A DNA stretch of 64,000 nucleotides from an uncultured Thiotrichales bacterium (GTDB lineage: Bacteria > Pseudomonadota > Alphaproteobacteria > Caedimonadales > Caedimonadaceae): positions 4,888 through 68,887 of the forward strand of contig CAYUCY010000001.1 of the NCBI GenBank assembly GCA_964443525.1. The letters are read 5' to 3'. The notes beneath the pieces were generated by a model, which worked only from the letters and a program-made list of their open reading frames with translations, searched no databases and had not been told where the DNA came from. Of this stretch, positions 8,206 through 19,004 are shown piece by piece; the stretch's first letter is position 1, and every line of letters begins with the position of its first letter. The position numbers and the translations under genes are program-made.

Positions 8206-10206
8206 GTGAATAACTCGGGACGCAATTTTCTCCTTTGGGCTATCATCATCGTTTTTGCTTTGGTCCTCTTTCAAGTCTTTCAACCTGGGAAACAGGTCAG
8301 CCAGAAGGAAATGAGCTTTTCCGATTTCTTGACGCTTGTCGATAGCAATCAAATCACGCAAGTGACTATGAAGGGGAATGTCATTTTCAGCAAAACCCTC
8401 GATGGTCAAACCGTCCGAACAACTGCTCCCGAATATCCCAACCTGGTGGATGAACTTCGTTCGAAAAAAGTGAATATCAGTGTGGCTCCCCCTGAGGAGG
8501 GTCCTTCTCTCCTTTATCAGCTTTTTGTTTACTTCGGGCCTATTCTTCTCCTCATCGGGTTCTGGCTCTTCATGGCCAGATCCATGCAGTCCGGTTCAAA
8601 CAGGGCTTTTGGGTTCGGAAAATCTCGCGCACGCCTTTTGACGGAAAAGTCAGGGAAGGTCCTTTTCTCGGATGTGGCAGGATGTGATGAGGCAAAAGAA
8701 GAGGTGATGGAAATCGTGGAATTTCTTCGTGATCCTCAAAAATTTCAGCGGCTCGGTGGTAAGATTCCTAAGGGCGTTTTGCTCGTAGGTCCTCCCGGTA
8801 CGGGTAAAACCCTTTTGGCTCGTGCGATTGCAGGAGAGGCGAATGTGCCTTTCTTCTCGATCTCAGGATCCGATTTCGTCGAGATGTTCGTCGGTGTGGG
8901 TGCGAGCCGAGTCAGGGATCTCTTCGAACAAGGTAAGAAAAATGCTCCTTGTATTATTTTTATTGATGAAATTGATGCTGTCGGACGCCACCGCGGTGCG
9001 GGGCTCGGCGGAGGAAATGACGAGCGCGAGCAAACGCTCAATCAGCTTCTCGTTGAGATGGACGGCTTTGAAGCCAACGAAGGCGTTATTTTGGTGGCTG
9101 CGACCAACCGCCCCGATGTCCTTGATCCCGCTCTCATGCGTCCTGGTCGTTTCGACAGGCAGGTGATCGTGCCCTTGCCTGATGTCAAAGGACGAGAAGC
9201 GATTCTCAAAGTTCACATGGCAAAGGTTCCGACGGCCTCCAACGTTGACCCGGCGGTTATTGCCCGGGGAACACCCGGCTTTTCAGGAGCGGACCTCATG
9301 AACCTTGTGAATGAAGCGGCCCTTCTCGCAGCCCGTAAAAACAAGTCTTTGGTCACGTCAGAAGACTTCGAACTTGCCAAAGATAAAGTCATGATGGGCC
9401 CTGAACGGAAATCGATGGTTATGACGGAAGAGGAAAAGAAGCTGACGGCCTACCACGAAGGAGGGCATGCGATTGTGGCTCTTCACGTCGTAGGGTCCGA
9501 TCCCATTCACAAGGCAACCATTATACCGAGAGGTCGTGCCCTTGGTATGGTCGTCCGCCTTCCGGAAGGGGATCGCGTTTCCATGGCTCGTCAAAAACTT
9601 CATGCTGATTTGGCCGTTGCTATGGGCGGACGGATCGCGGAAGAGTTGATTTTTGGCTATGATAAGGTGACGACGGGGGCTTCCTCCGATATTCGTTTTG
9701 CAACAGACATGGCTCGCAGGATGGTAACAGAATGGGGTCTCAGCGACGAATTGGGCCCTCTTGCCTACAATGAGCCGTCGGGCGAAGTGTTCTTAGGTCA
9801 TGCCATCACCCAGCATAAAAACGTCTCGGAAAAAACGGCTGAGAAGATTGATCTCGAAATTCGTAAAATCGTCGAGAGTTCCTATAAACGGGCACGAACT
9901 ATTTTGGAAGAAAATATGGACGATCTGCATAAACTAGCGCAAACGCTTCTGGAATATGAAACCCTCACGGGCGAGGAGATCAAGGACCTTCTAAAGGGCA
10001 AATCGATGGAAGAAATCAGAAAGGCAAGCGAAGCTGCGACTGCTTCAAGAAGTATTCCGAAAAGTTCCACGCCTTTAAAATCAGTCTCCGAGATAAACAA
10101 ATCGGATCCCCCTTCATCCGCCCCGAAGGAGAAAAAGTCTGATGCTTCGCAAAAAACTTCCTTCAAAAAATCAACTCCTTCTCCCTCAAAAGGAAAGAAA
10201 TCTTGA
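8206..10206 (+). CDS. ftsH: ATP-dependent zinc metalloprotease FtsH
   Basis: Walker A GPPGTGKT, Walker [32 protein letters not shown] and zinc site HEGGHA. The listed ORF starts at TTG 8191; the in-frame GTG at 8206 gives the typical N-terminus (M)[13 protein letters not shown]. The protein has a K/S/P-rich C-terminal tail. Confidence 0.95.
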   Translation: MNNSGRNFLLWAIIIVFALVLFQVFQPGKQVSQKEMSFSDFLTLVDSNQITQVTMKGNVIFSKTLDGQTVRTTAPEYPNLVDELRSKKVNISVAPPEEGPSLLYQLFVYFGPILLLIGFWLFMARSMQSGSNRAFGFGKSRARLLTEKSGKVLFSDVAGCDEAKEEVMEIVEFLRDPQKFQRLGGKIPKGVLLVGPPGTGKTLLARAIAGEANVPFFSISGSDFVEMFVGVGASRVRDLFEQGKKNAPCIIFIDEIDAVGRHRGAGLGGGNDEREQTLNQLLVEMDGFEANEGVILVAATNRPDVLDPALMRPGRFDRQVIVPLPDVKGREAILKVHMAKVPTASNVDPAVIARGTPGFSGADLMNLVNEAALLAARKNKSLVTSEDFELAKDKVMMGPERKSMVMTEEEKKLTAYHEGGHAIVALHVVGSDPIHKATIIPRGRALGMVVRLPEGDRVSMARQKLHADLAVAMGGRIAEELIFGYDKVTTGASSDIRFATDMARRMVTEWGLSDELGPLAYNEPSGEVFLGHAITQHKNVSEKTAEKIDLEIRKIVESSYKRARTILEENMDDLHKLAQTLLEYETLTGEEIKDLLKGKSMEEIRKASEAATASRSIPKSSTPLKSVSEINKSDPPSSAPKEKKSDASQKTSFKKSTPSPSKGKKS

Positions 10207-10263
10207 TTTTTAAGGGAGAGACTCGCTAAAGTGTGACTCCGAACAAGAGGGTGAGACCAAAAG

Positions 10264-11616
10264 ATGAAAAAGTTTTTCGGCACGGACGGCGTCAGAGGCA
10301 CGGCAAACCAAGACCCCATGACACCCGATCGAATGATGCGCCTTGCGATTGCTGCAGGACGTTATTTTCGACGTCATTACGCTCATGCTCGTGTTGTCAT
10401 CGGCAAAGATACACGTCTTTCCGGTTATATGATTGAGCCCGCCATGACCTCAGGCTTTACGGCTGTGGGGATGGATGTCATGTTGGTAGGTCCTCTGCCG
10501 ACTCCTGCGATTTCCATGTTAACTCGTTCTTTGAGAGCTGACCTCGGCGTTATGATTTCCGCTTCCCATAACCCCTATTATGATAACGGGGTAAAGCTTT
10601 TTGATTCGGAAGGTTACAAGCTTTCTGACGACATCGAGCGCGAAATCGAAAGGCTTATGGAAGAAGATCAATCGACCATGTTAGCCCCTGCTCAAGATTT
10701 GGGGCGCGCCAAGCGTTTTGAGGATGCCTCGGGGCGCTATATGGAATTCGTGAAAAATACTTTTCCCAAGCAGTTTCGTCTGGAGGGGCTGCGCATCGTG
10801 ATCGACTGCGCCCACGGAGCTGCTTACAAGGTTGCTCCCACCGTTTTGTGGGAATTGGGGGCCGAAGTAATCCCGATCGGTGTCTCCCCCGATGGACTCA
10901 ATATCAATAAAAACGTAGGCGCCACCTACCCACAAACTCTCAAAGAAGCGGTTTTGGAACATAAGGCCGATCTCGGAATTGCCCTTGATGGTGATGCAGA
11001 TCGGATCGTTATGGTAGATGAAAAAGGAATGGTCATCGATGGAGACCAGTTGCTGGCACTTATTGCTACCTTTTGGGCCCAAACGGAACAGCTTCGTGGA
11101 GATACGATCGTAGGTACGGTCATGGCCAACCTTGGCCTTGAGCGCTATTTGGAAAGTATCAATCTTAAATTGGCCCGCACGCCGGTCGGCGATAGATATG
11201 TTTCCGAGTACATGCGCAACCATAACCTCAACTTGGGCGGGGAACAATCGGGGCATATTATTTTAAGCGATTATGCGCGTACAGGAGATGGTCTTGTGGC
11301 GGCCCTTCAGACCTTGGCCGTGATCAAGTATGTTCAGAAACCTGTGAGCGAACTGGGGCGTCGCTTCGACCCCGTTCCTCAAATTTTGAAAAATATAAAG
11401 CTGGATCCTCAGAAATCCTTTGATGCGAATCATCTCGACAAAATTATTAAAGAAGCACAGGACTGCTTGGGGAAAGAAGGGCAACTTGTCGTCCGAAAAT
11501 CGGGCACGGAACCTTTGTTGCGCATCATGGGACAAGGGACGAACGAAGGTCAGCTGGCTCAAATTATCGATCAAATCATTGATGCTTTATCGGGCGACCA
11601 GGTTCTCGCAGCCTAA
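10264..11616 (+). CDS. glmM: phosphoglucosamine mutase
   Basis: Starts FGTDGVRG. Active-site motif SASHNPYYDNG and metal loop LDGDADR are present. Confidence 0.95.
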   Translation: MKKFFGTDGVRGTANQDPMTPDRMMRLAIAAGRYFRRHYAHARVVIGKDTRLSGYMIEPAMTSGFTAVGMDVMLVGPLPTPAISMLTRSLRADLGVMISASHNPYYDNGVKLFDSEGYKLSDDIEREIERLMEEDQSTMLAPAQDLGRAKRFEDASGRYMEFVKNTFPKQFRLEGLRIVIDCAHGAAYKVAPTVLWELGAEVIPIGVSPDGLNINKNVGATYPQTLKEAVLEHKADLGIALDGDADRIVMVDEKGMVIDGDQLLALIATFWAQTEQLRGDTIVGTVMANLGLERYLESINLKLARTPVGDRYVSEYMRNHNLNLGGEQSGHIILSDYARTGDGLVAALQTLAVIKYVQKPVSELGRRFDPVPQILKNIKLDPQKSFDANHLDKIIKEAQDCLGKEGQLVVRKSGTEPLLRIMGQGTNEGQLAQIIDQIIDALSGDQVLAA

Positions 11617-11618
11617 TT

Positions 11619-12557
11619 TTAATCTGTTGACGCTAATAACCCTTCAACGGTTGCGCACCAGGCCTGAGCAATATTTCGCGGATGGTAGCCGCCGCCGCCT
11701 AAAGCCAAAAGAGGGCACTTATTCTTCCTTGCAATGTCCATCAAGCGTTTAGCAACCCTAAAATGTATGCTCGGTGTATAATTCAAGTTCGCGAGAGGAT
11801 CTCCTTTAAGCCCGTCCGCTCCCGCTTCTAGAACAATAAAGTCGAATCTTTGCTTGGTTAGATCCTTTTCAATTGTCTCCCAAAGACTAAAAAAGTCTTC
11901 GTCGCCTGCACCCGGCGAAAGCGTATAATTATGTTTAACCCCGTAGGCCTTTTCTTTTCCGCACTCTTCCGCCCATCCCGTTCCAGGAAAGAGGGGATGC
12001 TGATGAATATCATAGAAAACAATGCGCGGATCATTCTCAAATCCGTAGTAAACTCCGTCCCCATGGTGTACATCTATATCTATATACGCAATGGTCATCT
12101 GAGGGTTTTCTTGTAAAAGGGCTTTCGTCGCAATGCCTATATCATTGAAGACGCAGAAACCGCTCGCTCGATCAGGGTATGCGTGATGAAGGCCTGCAAT
12201 GGGGATAAAGGCAGCCTCCGTTTCACGGCCCTGCAATCTTTGAACAGCCTCAAGCGTTGTCCCCACTACATAAGAAGAGGCCTCATATACGCCCGAATAC
12301 GCAGGTGTATCCCCGCTGTCCAAGACCCCATACCCCTTATCTGATAGATCTTTTACAAAATCGATATATTCAGGCTCATGAAATACAAGCAACTCATCCC
12401 TGCTTGCAAATCTGCCCGTCTTAAGAAGACATTTTTCAAGAAGACCTCTCTTGAGGGCTTCATCCCGAAAGACACCGTATCGATAAGTACCGAAAGGATG
12501 ATCGGGAAAACCGTAATTTGAAAGGCTTTCATCCAGATAAAGAGCAACGGACATCAT
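11619..12557 (-). CDS. histone deacetylase-family enzyme (AcuC/acetylpolyamine amidohydrolase-like)
   Basis: Motifs HHAYPDRASGFCVFND and IDIDVHHGDG. The likely start is the internal ATG-ATG at 12557 (MMSVALYLDE); the listed ORF extends to 12599. Confidence 0.85.
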   Translation of the reverse strand: MMSVALYLDESLSNYGFPDHPFGTYRYGVFRDEALKRGLLEKCLLKTGRFASRDELLVFHEPEYIDFVKDLSDKGYGVLDSGDTPAYSGVYEASSYVVGTTLEAVQRLQGRETEAAFIPIAGLHHAYPDRASGFCVFNDIGIATKALLQENPQMTIAYIDIDVHHGDGVYYGFENDPRIVFYDIHQHPLFPGTGWAEECGKEKAYGVKHNYTLSPGAGDEDFFSLWETIEKDLTKQRFDFIVLEAGADGLKGDPLANLNYTPSIHFRVAKRLMDIARKNKCPLLALGGGGYHPRNIAQAWCATVEGLLASTD

Positions 12558-12728
12558 GGTCTCAGATCCCTTATAGTTTAAGATTAGAAGGAAACTCAAA
12601 AACAGAAGACCGCTGCTAGGTCCTTCATCGGTTTTCCACCTCCCTCTTCAAAGCAGTATAAAGAATAAAAGGAAGTTGCTGTAGATCGGATTTTGCTCTA
12701 TCAAAGGTCTTGTTAGGATGGAGAAGAA

Positions 12729-13238
12729 ATGATGAAATTTTATGTTCTTGCTTTGTCGACGATTTTAACGTTCGGCATTTTTTCTGTACAAGCCTCTCAA
12801 ACCCCTTCCGAAGAGCTCGTGAATCTTACAAAAGAATGGGCCGTTGCTTACGTTGAAAAAGAAAAACAGCTTAAGACAAATCCCGGAGATGTTACTATTG
12901 TGTGGAAGCAAGCTATGACAGCCCTTGATGCTGTTAAGAAACAGAGTCGAAAAGAAGATATCGATTTCAGCCAAGCTTTGTTCCCCTTATTTCAAAAAAT
13001 GAAGAAAAAGCTCGAAGAGGAAGATCGAAAACCTCAAACAGTAGAACAAAGACCGTTCTCACCGCTCCTTGAGATGACGCTTATACCGAAATCGGATCTC
13101 CTTCCTGTAACAGGTGGATTGGCATTGCTAGCCTTAGATGAAGAAGGGGAGAGAATTACCCAATTTCACCTTTCAATGGGACTTTTCAGCATTCCCGAAG
13201 AAGAGCATAGAGACGCCTCCGATTCTAAACCTCTATGA
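12729..13238 (+). CDS. hypothetical secreted protein
   Basis: Signal peptide MMKFYVLALSTILTFGIFSVQAS. I recognise no family. Confidence 0.5.
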   Translation: MMKFYVLALSTILTFGIFSVQASQTPSEELVNLTKEWAVAYVEKEKQLKTNPGDVTIVWKQAMTALDAVKKQSRKEDIDFSQALFPLFQKMKKKLEEEDRKPQTVEQRPFSPLLEMTLIPKSDLLPVTGGLALLALDEEGERITQFHLSMGLFSIPEEEHRDASDSKPL

Positions 13239-14018
13239 TAGGTGATCATCGGGATTAACGGGTTTACTATTTTGTCGTAATTCAAAGTGGAGCTGGGGCG
13301 CCTTTATGGCGCCCGAGGTTCCCACACTTCCGATCTCTTGCCCGACCTTGACCTTTTCTCCTTTTTTAACAAGGACGTTGTCGAGATGCCCGTAAATGGA
13401 CATCCAGCCGCCTCCGTGTTTGAGGAGGATCAAATTTCCGAAGCCTTGAACTTCATTGCCGGCATATGCAACTACTCCCGATGAGGCTGCTTTCACAGGC
13501 GTTCCTTTTGCCGCACTGATATTGATACCATCATTTCCGCCTTCGGGAGAAAAAGCTTGAACGACGGGGCCCGCAACTGGTCTTACAAAACGTGTGGAGA
13601 CGGAAGAGACCTCTTTGATGGCCTCGGGCTTTTCCAGGATTTCAGGAGCTGTTGTCTTCTCAAGTGCACTCTTTTCCTCTTTTTTCTGAGGTGGGAGAGG
13701 TTTTTCTTCTTTGGGGAGAGACTCTCCTTTCTTTTTTTGCTCCTTTTTTGGAGGTGCTATCGGCTGAGGAAGTTCCTCCTCTTCATCCTTCTGTTTTTCA
13801 GGTTTTAGTTGCACAGGTTTTGGGAGAGTGGGCTGGGGTTCAAGCTTTTCGGTTTCGATAACAGAAGGGACAGGCGCAGGATGTACGATGGGAGTAGCCT
13901 TTTGAACAGGGGGAGTCCTATAGGGTTTTCCGAAAGTAACGGGAGCGAGAGGGCCTTTTCTTTCCGCACATCCCGATAAAATGGTTGTTGAAGCTAGGAT
14001 GAAGAGAAATTTTTTCAT
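13233..14018 (-). CDS. nlpD: NlpD-like lipoprotein with a degenerate LytM (M23) domain
   Basis: Lipobox LSGC, a P/K/E-rich linker and a C-terminal M23 fold (GNLILLKHGGGWMSIYGHL...PQLHFELR). The first catalytic His is replaced: NDGINI stands where HxGxD is expected, and QLH where HxH is expected. Confidence 0.8.
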   Translation of the reverse strand: MKKFLFILASTTILSGCAERKGPLAPVTFGKPYRTPPVQKATPIVHPAPVPSVIETEKLEPQPTLPKPVQLKPEKQKDEEEELPQPIAPPKKEQKKKGESLPKEEKPLPPQKKEEKSALEKTTAPEILEKPEAIKEVSSVSTRFVRPVAGPVVQAFSPEGGNDGINISAAKGTPVKAASSGVVAYAGNEVQGFGNLILLKHGGGWMSIYGHLDNVLVKKGEKVKVGQEIGSVGTSGAIKAPQLHFELRQNSKPVNPDDHLS

Positions 14019-14803
14019 TACAAAAACGCCAGTTTCAATTGCTCTAAAGCCGAATCATGAGTCAAATTTAAATGAAGAGGGGTGACCGCAATCGCTTTCT
14101 CGTGGATTGCCTCGAGATCCGTTTCTTCTTCCGTCGGAGAGTCGTCTCGGGGACCGCCCACCCAGTAATAAGGTCTGCCGTGCGGATCCTTGCTTTTGAC
14201 AATGTTATCCCGAATATTTCGAAGCCCTTGCTTGACGATGCGAACGCCTTTAACCTCTTCGGGAGAAACATCAGGGAAATTAATATTGATAAGGACATTC
14301 GTAGGCCATCCTATCTGAATGAGATGCTGAATGATTTCAGGACCGTAATGTTCGGCAGGGGAATTTTCGAAAATAAATTCATCTTGGCAGACTTGGGAGA
14401 AAGCGATGGCCGGAATTCCTAGAAGTGTAGCTTCCATAGCAGCCGCTACAGTTCCTGAATAAGTCACGTCCTCACCCAAATTTCCTCCGTGATTCACGCC
14501 AGATAGCACAAGCGTCGGCGGCTGACTTCTCATGATCTGAGAAAGAGCCATCATCACGCAATCAGTCGGGGTTCCATCTACAGAGAAGTGGTTCTCCCCG
14601 TGCTGCTTCACCCTAAGAGGACGATTGAGCGTCAAAGAATGGGCCGCCCCGCTTTGCTCAGACAGGGGAGCTACTACCCAAACATCATCCGTCAGCGTTC
14701 GCGCCATCCGCTCCAAAACTTTAATCCCTTGAGCATAAATACTGTCATCATTGGAGATTAAAATACGTAAGGGTTTATTTCTGAGGGGCATCAATTTTTT
14801 CAA
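14018..14803 (-). CDS. surE: 5'/3'-nucleotidase SurE
   Basis: N-terminal ILISNDDS and [21 protein letters not shown]. The stop overlaps the nlpD start by 1 nt (TAATG). Confidence 0.9.
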   Translation of the reverse strand: MKKLMPLRNKPLRILISNDDSIYAQGIKVLERMARTLTDDVWVVAPLSEQSGAAHSLTLNRPLRVKQHGENHFSVDGTPTDCVMMALSQIMRSQPPTLVLSGVNHGGNLGEDVTYSGTVAAAMEATLLGIPAIAFSQVCQDEFIFENSPAEHYGPEIIQHLIQIGWPTNVLININFPDVSPEEVKGVRIVKQGLRNIRDNIVKSKDPHGRPYYWVGGPRDDSPTEEETDLEAIHEKAIAVTPLHLNLTHDSALEQLKLAFL

Positions 14804-16058
14804 CTCCGTTCATATAAGGTCTCAATACTTTAGGGATCAAGATCGATCCGTCTTCCTGTTGATAATTTTCAAGAACAGCCACGAGAGCACGACCGACGGC
14901 AATCCCCGAACCGTTTAAGGTATGGACAAACTCAGGAGCCACTTTCTCACCATCGGGCCTAAAGCGAGCTATCATGCGTCGTGCTTGATAATCGCCGCAA
15001 TTTGAACAGCTGGAAATTTCTCGATAAAGGGCTTCTCCCGGAAGCCAAACTTCCAGATCGTAAGTCTTGCGGACCCCTGATCCCGTGTCTCCTGCACACA
15101 AAAGCATCACCCGATAAGGAAGCTCCAAAAGCTGAAGGACTTGCTCGGCGCACCGTGTCATTCGCTCATGTTCGTCCCAAGAAGCATCGGGATGCGTAAT
15201 GCTGACAAGTTCTACTTTATGGAATTGGTGTTGACGAATCATGCCTCGGGTGTCTTTTCCTGCTGCACCGGCCTCGGATCGGAAACAGGGGCTGAATGCT
15301 ACAAAGCGCTTCGGAAGCTCTTCTTCTTTTAAGATCGATTCCCGCACAAGATTTGTCAAAGAAATCTCGGAGGTTGAAATGAGCCATCTGTCATCGGTCG
15401 TGCGGAATAAGTCCTCGGAAAATTTGGGTAACTGAGCGGTGCCGAAGACGGCCTCCGTACGCACCAGATAAGGAGGATTCACCTCCGTATACCCGTTTTC
15501 CCTTGTATGGAGATCCAGCATAAATTGAGCAAGAGCTCTCTCGAGGTGTGCCAAAGCTCCTTTCAGGACTACGAAACGAGCGCCTGCAATCTTGGCGGCC
15601 GCCTCAAAATCCATAAGGCCCAAAGCCTCTCCGAGCTCAAAGTGACGCTTAGGCTCAAAAGGAAAAACACGCTGTTCCCCCCACGTCCGCATCAAGAAGT
15701 TTTCGGTTTCCGAGGTTCCTTCGGGAACATCATCGGCTAAAAGATTGGGAAGCCTGGAGAGCATATCTTGGAGCCTCTCATCCAGTGCCGTTGCTTCCGC
15801 CTCAAGAGCGGGGAGTTTTTCCTTCAGGGCAGTGGCCTGCATTTGGAGGTCCTCCGCAGATTCTCCTTTAGACTTTGCGAGTCCAATCGCTTTTGCAATC
15901 GTATTTCGTTCGCTTTGGAGTTCTTGGAGTTCCGTCAAAAGGGCTCGTCGGGCTTCATCGGCCACAAGGATTTGGGCAGAGAACGGTTCTTGCCCTCTTT
16001 TTTCTAAATTTCTATCGAGCTCATCGGGGTGTTCACGTACCCACTTAATATCGATCAT
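14775..16058 (-). CDS. serS: seryl-tRNA synthetase
   Basis: N-terminal coiled-coil arm plus class-II motifs ([43 protein letters not shown]). Confidence 0.95.
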   Translation of the reverse strand: MIDIKWVREHPDELDRNLEKRGQEPFSAQILVADEARRALLTELQELQSERNTIAKAIGLAKSKGESAEDLQMQATALKEKLPALEAEATALDERLQDMLSRLPNLLADDVPEGTSETENFLMRTWGEQRVFPFEPKRHFELGEALGLMDFEAAAKIAGARFVVLKGALAHLERALAQFMLDLHTRENGYTEVNPPYLVRTEAVFGTAQLPKFSEDLFRTTDDRWLISTSEISLTNLVRESILKEEELPKRFVAFSPCFRSEAGAAGKDTRGMIRQHQFHKVELVSITHPDASWDEHERMTRCAEQVLQLLELPYRVMLLCAGDTGSGVRKTYDLEVWLPGEALYREISSCSNCGDYQARRMIARFRPDGEKVAPEFVHTLNGSGIAVGRALVAVLENYQQEDGSILIPKVLRPYMNGVEKIDAPQK

Positions 16059-16843
16059 TTTTTTGATCCTTTTGTCACGGAGCGTCGTCGTTCAAACAGA
16101 CGCATCAACCCTATAGATGTCTCATATAATCCGTAAATTGGCAAGGCCAGACCCATCATAGAGAGGACATCAGGGGGTGTCAAAATCGCTGACAAAATTA
16201 AAATCAGGATAAAGGCATATCGGCGCGTTCGAATCAGCAGAGTCGAATTTAAAACACCGATCCTTCCCAAGAGCGTGAGGGCGACGGGGAGCTGAAAACT
16301 AACCCCGAAAGCCAGAAGGAGTTGCGTTACGAGAGAAAGATACTCGCTAACTCGTGCCTCTAACTGGACGGCCATGGTCCCTGCGATGGACGGGGTTTCA
16401 AACTGAAGAAAAAAGGACCAAGCAAGGGGTAGGATAAAAAAATAGGCAAAAGCAGCCCCCATTAAAAAAAGAAGAGGCGTTGCCATGAGGAAAGGAAGGA
16501 AAGCGGCCTTCTCTTCCCGATAAAGGCCGGGGGCGACAAACTTCCACACTTGAATTGCAAAATAAGGAAAAACAATAAAACAAGCAGAGAAAACAGACAC
16601 TTTTAGGTAAGTAACAAAGGCTTCCGCAAGCCCCGTGTAAATCAGGCGACGACCTTCCTGATGGGATAAGGCTTGAGCCAGAGGAGTTACAAGGAAAGAA
16701 AAAATTAATTCCGAAAAATAATAACTGATACCGAATGCAATCAGAAAAACGGCAAGCACCCGCATCAGGCGAGAGCGCAGTTCAAGCAAGTGCTCCGTCA
16801 AAGAACTAACTTTAAGTGTTTCTTTCTTTTTTCGAGGTGCCAT
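16055..16843 (-). CDS. tatC: twin-arginine translocase subunit TatC
   Basis: HLLELRSRL motif and six predicted TM segments. It follows tatA-tatB. Confidence 0.9.
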   Translation of the reverse strand: MAPRKKKETLKVSSLTEHLLELRSRLMRVLAVFLIAFGISYYFSELIFSFLVTPLAQALSHQEGRRLIYTGLAEAFVTYLKVSVFSACFIVFPYFAIQVWKFVAPGLYREEKAAFLPFLMATPLLFLMGAAFAYFFILPLAWSFFLQFETPSIAGTMAVQLEARVSEYLSLVTQLLLAFGVSFQLPVALTLLGRIGVLNSTLLIRTRRYAFILILILSAILTPPDVLSMMGLALPIYGLYETSIGLMRLFERRRSVTKGSKK

Positions 16844-17093
16844 CTGATTGGTTTTGGGTTGATTTGGCAGAGGGTTTCATCACTTTTTTGCGGGCGTGTT
16901 CTCGATATTCTTCGAATTCTCCTTCCTGAAGGTATTCGTCGAAATACTGACGGAGTGCTGCCGAAGCTCTCCTTACTTTACTGATCCATCGCCCGAGCGT
17001 CCTCAGCAAGGCAGGTAGCTCCTTGGGTCCGATCAAGATGAGTACGGCAACGGCAATAATCAGGACTTCGCCAAAACTTCCGAGATCAAACAT
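16812..17093 (-). CDS. tatB: twin-arginine translocase subunit TatB
   Basis: MFDLGSFGEVLIIAVAVLILIGPKELP followed by an amphipathic helix. Confidence 0.8.
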   Translation of the reverse strand: MFDLGSFGEVLIIAVAVLILIGPKELPALLRTLGRWISKVRRASAALRQYFDEYLQEGEFEEYREHARKKVMKPSAKSTQNQSDGTSKKERNT

Positions 17094-17096
17094 GGG

Positions 17097-17327
17097 CTAT
17101 TTTTTTGCTTTTTTAGAAGGCGTTGATTTTTTAGGGGGCGTTTTTTTGGGAAGTGCTTTTTTCTTCTGAGGAGATCGCACCGGCACCTCCTCTTCTTCTC
17201 CCAATCCCGTTTTAAAGGCTTTGATCCCTTTTGCCAAATCGCTCATCATGGTCGGCAACCTCTTCGCACCGAAAAGCAAAAAGATCACCAACAAAATAAG
17301 GACAACTTGCCAGAATCCGATACTCAT
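17097..17327 (-). CDS. tatA: twin-arginine translocase subunit TatA
   Basis: MSIGFWQVVLILLVIFLLFGAKRLP. The internal ATG at 17327 is preceded by AGGAG; the listed ORF extends to 17354. The C-terminal tail is Lys-rich. Confidence 0.85.
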   Translation of the reverse strand: MSIGFWQVVLILLVIFLLFGAKRLPTMMSDLAKGIKAFKTGLGEEEEVPVRSPQKKKALPKKTPPKKSTPSKKAKK

Positions 17328-17337
17328 TTCACTTCTC

Positions 17338-18021
17338 CTATTGTAGTCCCGCAATTCCCATAAAAAATTGAACTAAAGTCATAATAGGCTTGTGCAGCAA
17401 CCAATGAAAAGGACTAAAATTAATATTTATAGCCCTGAAGAAGAAGGGAACGATAAAAATCAGCCCCATCAGAATCAAGAAACCGTAAGGCTCAAGACGA
17501 GCCAAAGGCTCAGCCAAGGGTCGGGGCAGAAGCCCCACGGCAACCCGCCCTCCGTCAAGCGGAGGAAGAGGGAGAAGATTAAAAACCCCTAGTGTGACAT
17601 TGATTAGAATCGACATAGAACACATTTCAAACAAGAGAAGGGCCAAATCGTTCGGAAAAAGACCTAAGAAATGGATGAGAAGGGCGGAGAGAAATGCTAA
17701 CAAAAAGTTTGTGAGAGGACCTGCCGCTGCCACATAAACCATGTGTTCCCGAGGGCGACGCAATCTGAAAAAATTAATGGGCACAGGTTTTGCGTAACCG
17801 AAGAGGAAAGGGGCTTTCAGAAACAAAAGCAGCCCGGGCAACAGAACCGTCCCGACAGGGTCCACATGCCTGAGCGGATTGAGGCTCACGCGCCCTTGAC
17901 GATAGGCTGTATCATCTCCAAAGGCTTTTGCCACATACCCATGTGCAGCCTCGTGAAGTGTGATGGCGAGGATGATCGGGACACCCCAAATCAGAAATTT
18001 CAAGAAAAAGCCTTGTTCCAA
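17338..18021 (-). CDS. site-2 protease family (M50) membrane metalloprotease
   Basis: HEAAHGYVA zinc motif inside a TM helix, and a later NLLPLPPLDGG motif. Confidence 0.8.
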   Translation of the reverse strand: MEQGFFLKFLIWGVPIILAITLHEAAHGYVAKAFGDDTAYRQGRVSLNPLRHVDPVGTVLLPGLLLFLKAPFLFGYAKPVPINFFRLRRPREHMVYVAAAGPLTNFLLAFLSALLIHFLGLFPNDLALLLFEMCSMSILINVTLGVFNLLPLPPLDGGRVAVGLLPRPLAEPLARLEPYGFLILMGLIFIVPFFFRAININFSPFHWLLHKPIMTLVQFFMGIAGLQ

Positions 18022-18031
18022 AAAAATCCCC

Positions 18032-19003
18032 TTATTTCTTTTTCAAGAGACTGGTTACACTTTCCTCTTTGAGACGGGCTGCCACTTCTTTCGCCTGACT
18101 CTGGGTCATGGGACCAAGCGTTAGCCGCCAGAGCGTCTCGTGACTTTTTTCTGATGCCAGAGTGCTGACCTCTAGATGAAACCCCTGAATCATTTTTTTG
18201 ATGCGCGTGTGAGTCGAAAGACGTTCCTTCTCACTTAAGATAAGCGTCTTGTGGCGGGAAGATGCAAGCTGCAAGAAATAATTTTTTTCCCCATCCGCGA
18301 TCGTCTCATTTTTCTGAGGAGACGTCTGAGCAGGCTTTAAAGCCTCTTGCTCGCCCTCCTCTCCGAGCTCCTCCAAAATTTTATCTGCGATATTCCGTGG
18401 CTCTTCGGGAGTTTCAAGGGGTACCGAAACAGGCGTTGACGGCGACTCTGGAAGACCGGAGGGTGCTTCTTCTGAAATCGTGGCTCGCTCAGGAGCAGTA
18501 GGCGGGTTATCTTCGACAAAGGGGGATGAGGCCTCCGCAAAGGGATCGGTCTCAGCATCCGCTGCAAGTCCTTCGATAAAAGCCTCCGGCAATTGGGGGG
18601 TCATCGCTTTAGGTTCTTCAGGTTCTTCTAAAAGATGCTCGACTTTTTCCGTGGGGGCTTCCCCTGAAATTTTGTGATAGATGGTTTTGTCCTGATGAGG
18701 TATTTCAAGCGCATTGGGGTTTTCGGGTTTGACTTTGTAGGGGTCTTGAGGAGCTTTAATAATGGGAATCTCGCCTTGGGGAAAACGATCTTCCATAAAG
18801 TGTTGAAGCAAGGTCCACCCACCGAAGCCAAGCGCGGTAGCGCCCGCTAAAATGATTCCCCCGAAAGCAAGTTTCCGCAGGAGCCCCTTAGACTGTTTCA
18901 CTTCTTTAGGTTGCCTGCGATTCGTGTTGGTCGGGTGAAGAACAACACGATCATCAGAGGTGATTCGAATTTCTCTCGGGTGGTGGGATAAGCTTTGAGA
19001 CAT
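18032..19003 (-). CDS. SPOR-domain membrane protein
   Basis: One TM segment (FGGIILAGATALGFGGW), an acidic/Pro-rich linker and a C-terminal SPOR-like domain (YFLQLASSR...WRLTLGPMTQSQAKEVAARL). The likely start is ATG 19003, 1 nt after the argS stop. Confidence 0.7.
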   Translation of the reverse strand: MSQSLSHHPREIRITSDDRVVLHPTNTNRRQPKEVKQSKGLLRKLAFGGIILAGATALGFGGWTLLQHFMEDRFPQGEIPIIKAPQDPYKVKPENPNALEIPHQDKTIYHKISGEAPTEKVEHLLEEPEEPKAMTPQLPEAFIEGLAADAETDPFAEASSPFVEDNPPTAPERATISEEAPSGLPESPSTPVSVPLETPEEPRNIADKILEELGEEGEQEALKPAQTSPQKNETIADGEKNYFLQLASSRHKTLILSEKERLSTHTRIKKMIQGFHLEVSTLASEKSHETLWRLTLGPMTQSQAKEVAARLKEESVTSLLKKK

Positions 19004-19004
19004 T

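Noticed and set aside
10681-11256. 191-aa minus-strand ORF inside glmM, plus similar antisense ORFs such as 9882-10319 in ftsH, 63155-63598 in lptD, 57323-57699 in rsmA and 1169-1841 in the cupin gene
   Set aside because: Each lies fully within a strongly supported conserved gene on the other strand and shows no family signature.
13640-13810. Repetitive-looking purine/pyrimidine-rich DNA suggestive of a tandem repeat
   Set aside because: It is the coding sequence of the P/K/E-rich NlpD linker. I could find no exact periodic unit.
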